Assembly (NCBI RefSeq): GCF_037042905.1
Contig: NC_087245.1
Location: 20,336,001-20,400,000 of the forward strand
Direction of reading: 5' to 3'
DNA length: 64,000 bases
Source: Lytechinus pictus
Taxonomy: Eukaryota
In this document: one piece after another, positions 52,074 through 64,000 of the stretch
Numbering within the stretch: position 1 is the stretch's first letter
How the letters are laid out: the number at the start of each line of letters is the position of its first letter
The notes under the pieces: model-generated
Databases searched by the model: none
The model's input: only the letters and a program-made list of their open reading frames with translations
Told to the model about the DNA's origin: nothing
Made by a program: the position numbers and the translations under genes

Positions 52074-52082
52074 ATGTCAAGG
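52074..52082 (+). CDS. NSF: NSF (vesicle-fusing ATPase), first coding exon (MSR); exon probably begins at 52022
   Basis: TTTGCAG| acceptor at 52021, aaaATG TCA AGG|GTGAGT; phase 0 joins the next exon. Confidence 0.75.
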
Positions 52083-52091
52083 GTGAGTAAA

Positions 52092-52310
52092 CTTAAAGGG
52101 ATACTCCAGGCTGAGAATATGATTTGAACAGATAAAGAAAATCAGACTAACATAATATTGAAAATTTTATCAAAATTGGACAAGGAATAACAAAGTTATG
52201 ACATTTTAAAAGTTTTACATTATTCCGGTGAAATAATTATACATGTAGACTTGTCTTCATGAATATTCCATGAGCAAATTGATGATGTCATATCCCCACT
52301 TGAACTTTTG
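52092..52310. mobile_element. Truncated Kolobok-like element (TTAA|AGGG start)
   Basis: TTAAAGGGATACTCCAGG start typical of TTAA-inserting elements; matching right end not found. Confidence 0.35.
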
Positions 52311-52683
52311 TATTTTATTAGTTTTAATATGACAGAATTATTAGTGTTATTATTTATTTATTTTTATCATTATTTTGACTATTTATGTTCATTTTTTGAT
52401 AAATTTTTTTTACCAATTGTTTTTACTTATTTAATTAATTTTTAAACTTTATTTCTATATATATTTATTTATACGATATACATATATAGATATATATATA
52501 TATTTTTTTTTTTGGGGGGGGTGGGGCTTACACTCATTGAAGCCTTATTGCAAGCATACATGTATGCAGCGGAGCAATATTCATGTTTCAAGTAAGAATA
52601 ATTGCTGAAGTAAATAGCTATTTCATATTTCATTTGCTTTTGTTAAGAAGGTGTGATTGATTTCTTTTCCTTATTTCTTGCAG

Positions 52684-52772
52684 GAGCTGAAAGCAGTCCG
52701 TTGTCCAACGGACCAGCTTTCTTTGACAAATAGAGCGGTTGTATCAGACAGAGATGCTTATGCACGTGTTGA
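52684..52772 (+). CDS. NSF: NSF coding exon 2
   Basis: TTGCAG| acceptor; ELKAVRCPTDQLSLTNRAVVSDRDAYARV, matching the NSF N-terminal motif RCPTDELSLTN; GA|GTAAGT donor. Confidence 0.93.
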
Positions 52773-54802
52773 GTAAGTATTTTTCTTTTTCTTTTCAACA
52801 TTTCCAAACTGTTTTCTTTGAATTAATGCTTAGCTTAAATATTGGCCTGGAACATTGGCCAGAGTCATAATGCTTTTGAAATCGGTAGCATACATGTAGG
52901 CCTACATGAAGCCTTATTATAATTTTAAGCAGAGATAGGCATAGGAATTTGAATTTTACTCTTTTTGCAACAAATTTTTTTAGCTATCATGTAAAAACTT
53001 GTCTTTCGCACCTCTAAAGGTCTTTTTATATCAATTGGCAGTTTTGAGCTAGACATACATATAGGGCTTCTTTTGATATTAGGTTAAGGAAGAGGAATCA
53101 AATATACAGTATGTACTTGAACATTTACATACAGAGTAAGCTTGTAGAAAGTGGATATGTTTACTGGGGAAAAGAGAACTGAAATAACATATGCATACAG
53201 AAAAGTTACATAATGCCTCCTAAGCTGTAATAAAAGTACCCTTTCATCAGCATAAAGAAAGTCATTTGTCTTTGGGGAATTGCATTTACATATAGGTCTG
53301 TTACCCAATTTCCTTGATAATCCAACATTTGTATTCATAGCTTTCTAATACTCTTCAATATGTTTACATCACATGACATTTAATGTGATGGCAATATAAT
53401 GGTTGAAATATAAAACAACAGTGATGATAAGAAAGTAACTTTAAACATTTTTACCTGTTGTGAAGTGATACTTTGCTTTAAACGCTAAGGAAGATGTACC
53501 ATATTTTCCGGTAAATACATTGCACCCTTTTCCCTCTTTAAAATAAAATCTTAAAAATCAGGTGTGTCTTCTTCAAAGAGACCACAGTTCAGCCTCAGTC
53601 AAGACACCATGTTTCTCCAAAGACAAAGCTGTAGGAACATCCAAGATACATACAGAATATTTAATATCAATATTTGACCTTTACTAAAAACAGAAAATGT
53701 ATTGTGTAAAGTTTTAATAAAAGATCCCCTTTACAAAGTTTCTATATATCATCAGCATTATTACTTTTAATTTAGTAATGTTTTTATAAAAAAAACACTG
53801 TTTCATGATAAAGAGTTGGTTATTATTCAGAGGGTAAAATGCATGGAAAAATGCTCTATAATATAATCGTAATCAATTGAATTTTAATCAGTTGTAATTG
53901 TAATTGGTTATAATAGAAGGCAATACATAATGTTAATTATTCTTCATTTATTTTGTTTTATTTTTTCTCATTCAATTATTTTTATTACTCTTTCCCTTTT
54001 CAAGTTTTCATTCCATGATAAATTTACCATTGAATTACCATAATCTTCTTTATTCTACAAAGAAATAATCTTTATCCTTTGGAAATAAATCTTAGAAGAA
54101 TTAAGTAAACATATTTAAGAAGAAAATAATTTTTTTTTCTGACCTTTTTGTATTTGGTAAAAATAACTTCCTGATTCACGGCAGTGGTTTATTTACTGCA
54201 GTAAATTACATTCCAATTTCCATGTTTTGCCAGGTCTTGAAGTGTCCAAAAGGAAGATTCTTATAATTTGTATAAATTTTGTGTCTTATATTTAGATCTA
54301 AATGAAAATGAATAGTCTGCACATATTTCTTTGCTCTGTATAACAGAAGCCAAGTGTCTTATAACTTAGGCCACTGAACACCTTACGATTGATCTGTGAC
54401 CATATTTTTTTAAATAAAACTTGAAGCATATATTAAGATATGGAACATCTTACTGTTTAAAATTATAAATTATTACAATACTTATGTACAAATCCGTCAC
54501 TATGCTACCATCCTCACTGGAGTAAAAGCAAATTGAATATGTTGAATCACTTGAACTTCCAAACCTCAATTTGAAGTGAATGGCAAAGCAATTTTAGTTA
54601 TTTCACAACATCCAAGTACAATATTTCCTTCTATCATTTAGTTAGAGAATTCAACTTCTTTTAAATTGATTTTGTGAAAAATTCCTATCCTCCTCTTGAG
54701 AAATGTAGGCACTGGTCATTCTTTTAAATGTGCGTAAATTATGTGATTGGATGTGTTTTTCTTTTATTGACTTTTTAATTTTGTTCTACCCTTTCATCCC
54801 AG

Positions 54803-54902
54803 TTATGTACAGATCCAGGCTACTCCAGGGCCAAGCTATGTGTTTGCTATAATAACACATCCAGATGTTAAAGTTGGAGAAATGGGATTCAGTCTTCCCC
54901 AG
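54803..54902 (+). CDS. NSF: NSF coding exon 3
   Basis: CCCAG| acceptor (phase 2 fits); YVQIQATPGPSYVFAIITHPDVKVGEMGFSLPQ, matching NSF THPxVxxGxxxFSLPQ; CAG|GTAAG donor. Confidence 0.93.
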
Positions 54903-54927
54903 GTAAGATTATCATTTCATTATTTGA

Positions 54928-55020
54928 TCATTCATTCATTTGTCTATTTATTTATTTATTTATTCATTTATTTATTTATTTATTTGTTTATCTATTTATC
55001 TATTTATTTATTCACTCATT
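54928..55020. repeat. (TTTA/TTCA)n microsatellite
   Basis: Direct reading. Confidence 0.9.
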
Positions 55021-55557
55021 CATGTATTGATTTAAAGAAAAATCATTTATGTGTTATATTTTTCTTAATCTATGTTTTTATGATCATTTATTTAATTGAA
55101 ATAAATAGGCCTACAGGTTTTCTTTCATTGATATTTTTATAATTGTTATTGTTGTGAATGATACTTAATTTTATTTACTGTTGTAATGAAAGACAGTATT
55201 GATCGATTTGATCTTAAAGCCTATATCAATAGAAATTAAAATATTTGTCATTGTCATATGCCTTCAAACTCATTGTTTAAAGCGAAAGGCAAAATATGGG
55301 AGTGTTTAAAACAATTATGAACAAGCTTTCATTTTCATATGTTATGAAAGAAGGATGTCATTGTTTAAAAAGGGTCCGCTGCAAATGATTGCTTTTCAGA
55401 TGCCTTCTCACTGATATGACAAAATTGATAATGTTCAAAATAAACATCTTTGTCTATTACGGTAGCACATTCGCTATTTCAGAGGTGCTGTGAAAAAGTT
55501 CTCACTGTGGGAAAGTTACTTCTCATGTTTAGTTTACATGTACATGTGTTCTTATGA

Positions 55558-55963
55558 CCAGGGTTGGTATTCAATTTGAATATTAAGCCAGAATTTTAGG
55601 TATTTTACTCAGTATATTTAATGCTTAGATTTAAGTAAAATATTTAATGATCTTTGGTAATTCACTTGTATTTTTTGGCTACATGTAAGTATTTTGCTTA
55701 AATCTAAGTCAGCCGCCTACCATGCCTGGCTTGCATGCAGTTTACAAATGTGATACGCAGAGTCATACATTCTGTGCACAGATGGATACATTGGGCATTA
55801 TTTGGCTCAAACGTAATGATATCTCAGTTGTTATTAGGAAGTATTTTGTTTAAATTTGGCTTGATAAAGTAAAATACTAAGATATGATCTGAATAAGAGT
55901 TTAAGCAGTTTACTTTGCCTAGTATGTACAAAATCAAAAATTCCAATTGAATACCGATCCAGG
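55558..55963. mobile_element. Degenerate MITE
   Basis: CCAGGGTTGGTATTCAATT ... AATTGAATACCGATCCAGG imperfect TIRs; internal inverted CTTAGATTTAAG(T/C)AAAATA blocks. Confidence 0.55.
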
Positions 55964-56567
55964 ACAACATGCTGTACATTATACCTTTTCTTTTAAGATT
56001 TAATTCTACAGATATGTTATCTCTATCATTGCAATTAAAACTGCATCATATATTCATTTACATTGTTAATGGATTTTTGTAGAGATTATATCAAAGTCAA
56101 ATAATTTCTTAGAATCACAGGTTTCTGTATGAGAATATGCAGTATGTAAATCCGTCTTCATTTTTTAGAAGTGCTTTTTATTTTTTTCCGAAATGATAAT
56201 TGTGCTTATTCTATAAAAGCATTGGGAAATCTATTAAAGATTGTCCACCTTCAGAGTTTGAATTGCCTGTCAGATAAAATGAATTAGAATATCAATTATT
56301 AGAAAAAAGCATATTGTGTGAAAGATGTAATACAAAATCTACTTTTTGTGGCTAAATTTTACAATCAAATGTCAAATTATAAAGTCTGGTCCCTTAAATT
56401 TTGTATTAAAAGTATTTGTATTTCACCATCTCAAGTATTGAATGCCCAGGTACCAATTTCAGCATTTAATCTTAAAAAAAATAAAAGCTTTCTAATATTC
56501 ATCAACTGACATGTAAAACAAGTGTTCTTAAGGCATTTATACATGTAAGTCTGTCAAGCAATCATAT

Positions 56568-56774
56568 CACTGGCGGATCCAGGGGGGGGGGGGGGCACTT
56601 CCGGCCCGTGCCCTTTCTTTTGAGAGCTACATGTATAATAATTTGTAGTGTAAATATGCCCTTTTCACCCAAGCGTCCCCTTCCCATTGAAACTGAGGAC
56701 CCTTTTTGCTTGTTAAATTTTCTGCAGCAAAATGTGCCCCCCCCCCTTTTCGGAAAAACCTGGATCCGCCCATG
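56568..56774. mobile_element. hAT-type MITE (same family as 47417-47615)
   Basis: CACTGGCGGATCCAGG ... CCTGGATCCGCCCATG; 8-bp TSD AATCATAT. Confidence 0.9.
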
Positions 56775-57082
56775 AATCATATTGTGACAAATCTCACGCA
56801 ATGAAAGCTATTTTTGCTTGGATTAATGTGCACTAGGATTATAGAGTGATGGCATACTAATTTATGTTAATTTATTGGAGACCCATTAAAGGCATTAGCT
56901 AGATTGCCACTGATGGGATTTGCTAGAAAGAATTCACAAGGGGCATGGGGTTGTTAATGATCCATAACAGGTAGAGTAGATGTACTGTAATTGCATTGTT
57001 GTAAGTATCGGTTAATAACCTATTTTAACAGAGGAGATAGAATTAAGTCAACATGTATTATTTTTCTTACCTTGTTTCACTA

Positions 57083-57295
57083 CAAACTGCATGGACCCAG
57101 GACTGCTACCGGACGGCTGTGGTTAGGGACATTCTGGGTTTGGGATTCATTAGGAGTTTATTTTCTTTCTTTCTTTTCAATTTTTAATCCTTTTGGGTTT
57201 TGATTTGAAAGTACATGTAGGTCCAGAGCTCGGTTGGTCCCGGAGTCCCTGACCACGGTCAATCTGGTATGTTAAACCTGGATCCGTGCAGTTTG
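57083..57295. mobile_element. MITE with 19-bp imperfect TIRs
   Basis: CAAACTGCATGGACCCAGG ... CCTGGATCCGTGCAGTTTG. Confidence 0.65.
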
Positions 57296-57594
57296 GAATC
57301 GATGGATATTGTTATATAATATTACATTATAGTGTAAAAGTATAGTGATGCGCCTTCTTCTTCCGCTCTAGCTCTCTGCACATGTTCTTCTTTACCTCAT
57401 CTCATCCTTACCTTCTATCTTTCTTTCCCTATCGCTTTCTACTTTTAGCTCTGGGTTAAATTATTGTTCTCAATTTCATGTACAATTTTCCATTATTAGA
57501 TCTATACCTGAAATTTCCATCTGTTTATGTTTAGGATTTGTATTTTTTATTTGTATTGTATATATGCTGGCATTTCGTTTTGTTTTATATTATA

Positions 57595-57670
57595 CAGGGC
57601 CCCAAGTACAACAGTATTTGACTACTGATGGGGTTACCCTGTTTAAATAATAATAAATAAATAGATAAAA
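57595..57670 (+). repeat. LINE/SINE-type 3' end with stem-loop and (AATA)n tail; related ends at ~18670-18735 and ~27440-27490 (minus)
   Basis: CAGGGCCCC..CAGT..ACTG..GGGGTTACCCTG followed by an A-rich tail; similar CAGGGCC/CACGGCCCC motifs at the other two sites. Confidence 0.4.
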
Positions 57671-60120
57671 TAAATATTATATTTTATGGGTAACTTGCAT
57701 ATTACCCTACTGCATACTCAGTTGGTTCTGTTAAAAATGTATGTAAAGCGGAGCTAACAAATGCCTAGTATACAATATTTTCAATTAAATCAGGGAAAGT
57801 CCAGGTACTGTACATGTATGAAGCTCAAATATACTGGAATTCTTCAATACATAGATCGAGAACTATAATCTATCAAAAGTAATCCTAGTGAATGGTTCTT
57901 GTAATTATTGGTTAAGTAACATACAGAAGCTGAATGCAAAGCATACAGAACAAATGACCAGTGAATATGAATGATGATAGAATAACCTTCACAGATTTAT
58001 CTCACCATATTAAATTCATGGGCAAGTACACCTGTCCAAGCATTGCAAAATTTGATTTAAAAAAAAATGGATTAAATAGTTATGGACTAGTAAACATAAT
58101 TCAAAACTCTCAATGGCAAAATGAGCAAATGTTTCTTGTGAACATACAATGTAATCGTATCACCTCATAAATTGAAACATACTGTCGAAATATCAATTTT
58201 AGTTCTTACTTACATATCTCTACTTTAATCCTTACAAACAGCAAACAAATACAATGTTCAGTGTACGCTAAATGTGATATGTGTTTATTGTGACAGGGCC
58301 TGAAAGTCTATCATCATGCAATGTTACTAACATGTAGAGTAAAACCTTAACATTACAGGAGGGTGTTTCATAAAGCTGTTCGTATAAAGTTAAGAGCGGC
58401 TTTTAGAACGACTGGTGAACCTTTCTTACGTGCTAAATAATCAAATAATCAAATACCAATATTTTTTATTTACATGTATACATGTAGTAAGCATGCTGTG
58501 AAGGTTCACAGCATGATAATGATTCTGTTCTGACATTTTAATGAAATTCATATGCCTTGATTGAAGGCTACAGTATATACTGAAAGAAACACCAATGAAA
58601 TTATAATTGGGATGGATTTATTGGGTTGTGCATACACGCTGGCGCATAGAAAGCAGTGTAATGAAGAACCTCTGTGGAGAGTGCACAGGTATTGACTATA
58701 CAGGCCATGAGTTCATTATTACTTCCTTGCCTTTGTGAATGTCCTCAGGCTGTGTCGCCTTTCCTGAGCGAAAACATTGTCTCTTTTTATCTACCACAGT
58801 CCGTTTTGTTTTATAGAAGGATAATTGAGTACTGTTCCATAATTGAAAATTCCATAAAAAAGCATACATTTTGATTTGGGGGACATAAACAACCATAATA
58901 TTTTTAGAAGGTGAATCAATCGTATTGACTTATTTTCCAAATGTTTTATCTCGAGTTCTCGATGTACTTTGTACAGAAAATGAACTTGTCCTTGTATGTC
59001 ATATTGCATGTTCATGGATTATACATGTTACATGTATGTCAACTGTGTTTTCTATGAGCTTGTATTATACATGAAAATCTAGAACGCATATAATACTGTA
59101 AATCTCAGCAGTTGATGACATTTGATACTCTTGTGTGGCCAGAATATTAATCAGTTGAATTGGTTGATAAAGATTTTTTTAGACCAACATTGTAGGTGAA
59201 AAACCAATTTATGTACTGTACATCTATAATGAAGACCACCCCCTTGGAATTTGTATTTAATTTTTTTTTGTATTTCTGTGCATTGAACTTTTAATTTTTC
59301 TATCTACGTATGTATTACTAGATGTACCGTAGCTAAGTGATAATGCACTTAAATGCAGATTGTTACAGATAGCCACAAAATGTTGAAGTGTGCATTTTAT
59401 AAAGCTCTATCTTTTGTGAATCCAATTAATATACTATTTAAATATGTCATTGTTTGATGTCGTCCTCCAGTAAAGTTGACACAAAATATAATTCGGTCAG
59501 TTTCCTGTCCAGTGTATTTTGGCAAAATCCAAGTTAACTTTATGCTTTTTTTTTTAAATAGACAGATCAACAATAATCATGAGCTTCTTAGGAAAAGTTT
59601 CTCTACAAATGATTGGTTTTCATTAGCCCCCCCCCCTCCCTTCTGCCCAAAATGCAAGATTTCACCCCAAAACAGCTGAAATGTTTCAACCAGTCATTTT
59701 ATGTAGACACATTGATGTGACCCTTGGGCCTTTAATAGCAGACTTGATTCAATTTCCTAGTGATTCTCCAAAGACCCAAATCATAAATGACACACCTGTA
59801 ATTCTAAGGTGCATAATTTACTGCATTATAATCATTTTTTTTTCTGATTGAGGCTGTCGGCTCGACAATTAAATCTTAATTTCAGAGGTCATTGCAGAAA
59901 AGAGTTGTGTTTGAATGTGACCTGAAAAATCAATTACAAATCTCAAATGCACCTATTTGGTTGGGTGAAAAAATGGCTGTATTTGTTTATCAAAGTCTTG
60001 TTGAAAGCAACTCTTTCTGCCATTGGCACAAGAACTGATTTTCTTTTTTGAGAAAACAGAGTAATCTATAATTGAGTTCAAGAATTGTGATGATTTGCTT
60101 TCTTTTGATTTCATTTGCAG

Positions 60121-60160
60121 AGGAAATGGGCTAGAATATCAATAGACCAACCAATTCAAG
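60121..60160 (+). CDS. NSF: NSF coding exon 4 (40 bp); gene continues beyond the window
   Basis: TTTGCAG| acceptor; RKWARISIDQPIQ completes the conserved SLPQRKWA motif; G|GTAAGT donor. Confidence 0.92.
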
Positions 60161-61422
60161 GTAAGTGCTTGCAATTTTCATGAACAACACTTCTTGTTTG
60201 GTAATTTTTGGAGGTAATTCAAACCTAGATGTAACATACATTTACAGTACATGTAACATACGGTATTTAAAAATATGTCTGGAGATAACATGTATACAAT
60301 ATTTTGAATAAAAAAGAGCATGCTGATTGATACAGTTAATGAATGCATGCATAGATATCATCATCATTCAGATTTATTCACTCTGCAGTAATATATGTAC
60401 AAAGCATTCATCAATACTTTAAAAAAAGGCATTCAAATGCTTTTTATTGAAGATTTAAATATACAAAGATCTGATTTAAATTTATTTTATGGAAATTAAG
60501 TATATATATGTCATGAATGCAGAAATATGAATAACTTTATGAAACACCCCTAGATTTATGAATTTTTAAGTTGTCAACTGAAGATAATACTGTACATGTA
60601 TGTGTTAAGTCATAAGAAGGCATCTAGAGAGGGAGGGAGGAGAGAGCTGAAGAGGTGGCGATGAGGAATGAGTATTGATATTATGGGAAAAGATGGGGTA
60701 TGAAAGGATAAAGGGCAAGTGTGAGAGAGACAGAGTAAGAGAGAGAGAGAAGAAGGGAGAGATGTAAACAAACCGAGGACTCAAGGAGGCCACTGTGCTA
60801 AACTGCACCTAAATGAGATTTACTGTCATATCAGGTTACTGTCTCCTGTGTGAGTGAGATGCTATATGAGCTAATAAAAATGATCCCCCTTTCGTCTTGT
60901 ACTCAGGAAATACCATAGAAACTCGTTAACCTCTCCAATAGGGGTGAGATTCTCATGTATCCATCATAAGGCGCCCCAAAAGTTGAAATTGAATGTGTGT
61001 ATGTACATGTACATCTTGCTTAGATGTGAACATTCCATGTATTATGTTGAAATGTGTCTGATTTTGAAATATTCACAAAACAACCCAAATCCAAAAAAAA
61101 TCACAAAAGATAGTCACTAATCATTGCATTACAAAGATGATTTCTATCAATTTTGCTTGTTATCTCATATCCATCATGGTGTCCATGTAACAGCAGTATA
61201 CACTGGTTTACTCGAGAACTTCAAAAAAATTGAGTCTAATGGCACAAACTTTCCAGTAAAATGTATGACCTCAATACAGTATAATTAGTACTGAGTTGTA
61301 ATAAAATGTCACATTCCTGTCCCAACTTTGTGGAAAGACTCACATGTATGTACATGTACCTCAATAATAGTGAAGTTTATGTGCATTTGCTTTTCATTTT
61401 GAGCAGAAAACATATTCAATAG

Positions 61423-61588
61423 CAGGGGCCGCGGAACGGTTTTCAAAGTGGGGGGGCTGAGCCAAAAGTGGGGGGGCTGACCATGCAAAAAATCACAATC
61501 ACATGGTCATTTTTACGTGTTTGTACACGGTTTTGGAAAAAAGTGAGGGGGCTGAAGCCCCCCAGCCCACCCGCTTCCGCAGCCCCTG
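61423..61588. mobile_element. MITE with CAGGGGCCGCGGAA TIR and 5-bp TSD; degenerate inverted copy at ~63140-63273
   Basis: CAGGGGCCGCGGAA ... TTCCGCAGCCCCTG; AATAG on both flanks. Confidence 0.85.
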
Positions 61589-63482
61589 AATAGTACATGA
61601 ATGGTTTATGTGGAAACGATTTCATGCATTTTACATTTTCATGTAGACCGATCTCATGGCACCTGTCACTGTTTCCTTTGGTCTCTTCATGATTAATTTG
61701 CATCCTGAGGGTAATCTAGAAATCAGCTGCAATGGTAGATTTTTCTGCAATATTTTGTTTGATTGAAATGACAATGGACTCATCTAACCTTTACAGTGCC
61801 TCCTGGGCGTTCCTTACTTGTTGGCTGTACATCCATGTATAAACAAGATCAAATCATCTTGTTTAGCTAGAATTGACTTGTTTCTTGTTGTGCAGTACAA
61901 TACTTATACTTCAGTTTTCTTTTACCTGCATGTACATGCAGATGGAGTACTAATCCATTTTAATTAGATTAATCATCTGCTATCCGTACATCTTTATTTT
62001 TAAAAGATCAATTTCACGTTCAGTATTGAATTTGGTACTCTCTATCTGAACATAAACGAAGGCCTGAAAATTCCAATTACAATAATGAAACATGTATCTT
62101 TGATCAAAATTGTTAATTGGTTACCCTGCACCCATGCAATTTATGCAGGAAATCATATCCTCACGAGATATTAAACAAGAATATCATATTTGTGAAGGCA
62201 TCAAACAGTACATACATGTACACATGTAGATGTATGTATACAGTAGTTTGAAAAAAAATATTGCAATAGGGTTGTATAGTTAGTTCTTCGCTCTAATGTG
62301 GTGGATATTTGGGGTGTGTGTTTGAAGTAAAGTGCCTAAGACTCGTACAAGTGCCCAGCCCTCCTCCATGAAAGAAGGTTCTGATCATGATGACCTTTTC
62401 TACTGCACCTCTGGCTATCATTCCATTATCCCATGATGATGTATTCTCACTTGAACTTCATTAGAGTTGTGACATCGCATTCTTCATCCCCAATTCAGAT
62501 CTGTTTAGCTCCAGTATGCTTGTGCATGCTTCTTACATGTATCCGATATCAAACTTATCCAGATTTGGGGACCATTTTGGTGCCTCTGGTCCATGTCGGA
62601 TTTTATGTCTTATCATTGATGTAGATTGTAGGGGTGAGTCAAGTCTTTTAACCGCAGTTCACGCAACTGCTGTTTAGAACCATTAATCCTTTTGACCCTA
62701 CCTGTATGCAGAAAATAGAAAAGAAAACTTCCCCTAAAGTTGCTGAAAACATTTTTGAAGAAAATTGATATCATTAATCTTAATAAGCTCTGACGTGATG
62801 AATAACAATCACACATGTATGTAAGAGGAGGGGATTGCAGTGTCAGAAGATGGCAGGGGCACTCGTTAGACATTCGGTTTAGTGCATTAGCAGTGCATTA
62901 ACTGTATCAAGATGGTCTTACTACTTGTAGATCTGAATGAATGATAAGGAATACCTGTACTTAAAAATTGTGCAAGAATACCATGACTGTCCCCATCAGT
63001 TTTTCTTTTATCTACTCTGTTCATATCTTCATCAGATGTTACTTTACAATTGAATTTTCACCAAAAGGGGAAGTTCTTGAGCACTGATGTCAATTTAGTT
63101 TTTGTAATTAGCAGAACAATTGAATTTCTAACTTTGCAATGAAGGTTTCAGCCCCCTCCCACTTTGTTTTCCATAAATGTGTACAAAAACAAAGCAATGG
63201 CTATCTGATTGTGTGGTTTTTTTGCATGGTCAGTCCCCCCCCCCATTTTTTAAAAACCATTCCTCGACCCCTGAAGTACGGAGTACATGTATATGTGTGT
63301 GTGTACTTGTGTTTGTATAGAAATGGCAAATAATATGTGAGTGCTGTTTTAATTGCCATTCATAATTAATGCTCATCTTCATACAGCTTAATATAAAATG
63401 AATATAAATCCATTGCAAAGTACCTGTTTGGCACATGTAGGCCTACATGTACATGTACATACACATATAAATCTTTGTCATT

Positions 63483-63777
63483 GTGTGAACACTGCTTGCC
63501 TAGGTAATGTAAGGTGCTATTGTGAACATGTCATTCTCTACTCTCCTGGAAGGAGAGAATGTGAACATATCCACTGCTTGCCTTTATAGTACCGGTAATA
63601 TGAACAAGTTATTCTCTTCTTGCCTGAATGGAGAGAATGTGAACGTATCCTCTGCTTGCCTTGGTAATAATGTGAACATGTCATTCTCTGCTTGGTACTG
63701 TATGGTGAAAATGTGAACATGTCATACTCTGCTTGGTACTGTAAGGTGATAATGTGAACATGTCCTTCTCTGCTTGT
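63483..63777. repeat. ~35-43-bp minisatellite
   Basis: About 8 units sharing TGTGAACATGTCA(T)TCTCTGCTTG. Confidence 0.8.
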
Positions 63778-64000
63778 CCCATTCAATTTGTTCTCACTTG
63801 ACTGCTGATCTGTAAAAGCAAATTTGCACCGTGTATTGCAGACAGTATTGTGTGCATAATGCACAATTTTTGGTGCTGTGAGCTTCAATATATCAAAGAG
63901 CCAATACCCTGAACTTGATGGTGGATACTTCTGTTGTAATTCCGTTCAGTTTAATTTGTTTAATTCAGTGTGAATGGAATTATTTTCACGGGGGGGGGGG

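Noticed and set aside
58360-60551. Inverted GGGTGTTTCATAAAG ends flanking NSF exon 4, as an exon-capturing element
   Set aside because: Only about 16 bp match and no TSD; more likely two independent truncated MITE ends.
1-64000. tRNA, rRNA or other structured RNA genes
   Set aside because: None recognisable; the hairpins seen are explained by transposon TIRs.

Overview
AT-rich, intron-rich animal genomic DNA. The repeat landscape (poly-G MITEs, GA microsatellites, Tsp/HINE-like elements) suggests an echinoderm, probably a sea urchin; this is inference. Three spliced genes can be rebuilt by hand with frame-consistent GT-AG junctions. (1) An 8-repeat WD40 gene of the WDR86 family (minus strand, 4 coding exons, 30934-13523, about 543 aa) with an MGCGAS acylation motif and a charged C-terminal tail. 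(2) An Fe/Mn-family superoxide dismutase (minus strand, 4 exons, 48485/48455-44784). It is not the usual mitochondrial SOD2: it has a signal-peptide-like N-terminus, an N-glycosylation sequon, bacterial-SodA-like loops and a C-terminal HDEL, so it is a candidate ER-lumenal Mn-type SOD and the top finding. (3) The first four coding exons of NSF (plus strand, from 52074, running off the window), head-to-head with the SOD. The rest is mostly non-autonomous DNA transposons, many with intact TIRs and TSDs, plus two Helentron-type elements carrying arrays of DR1 motifs, tandem repeats and a 206-N assembly gap. A strong excess of TACATGTA-type octamers in the NSF introns looks like accumulated transposon excision footprints.
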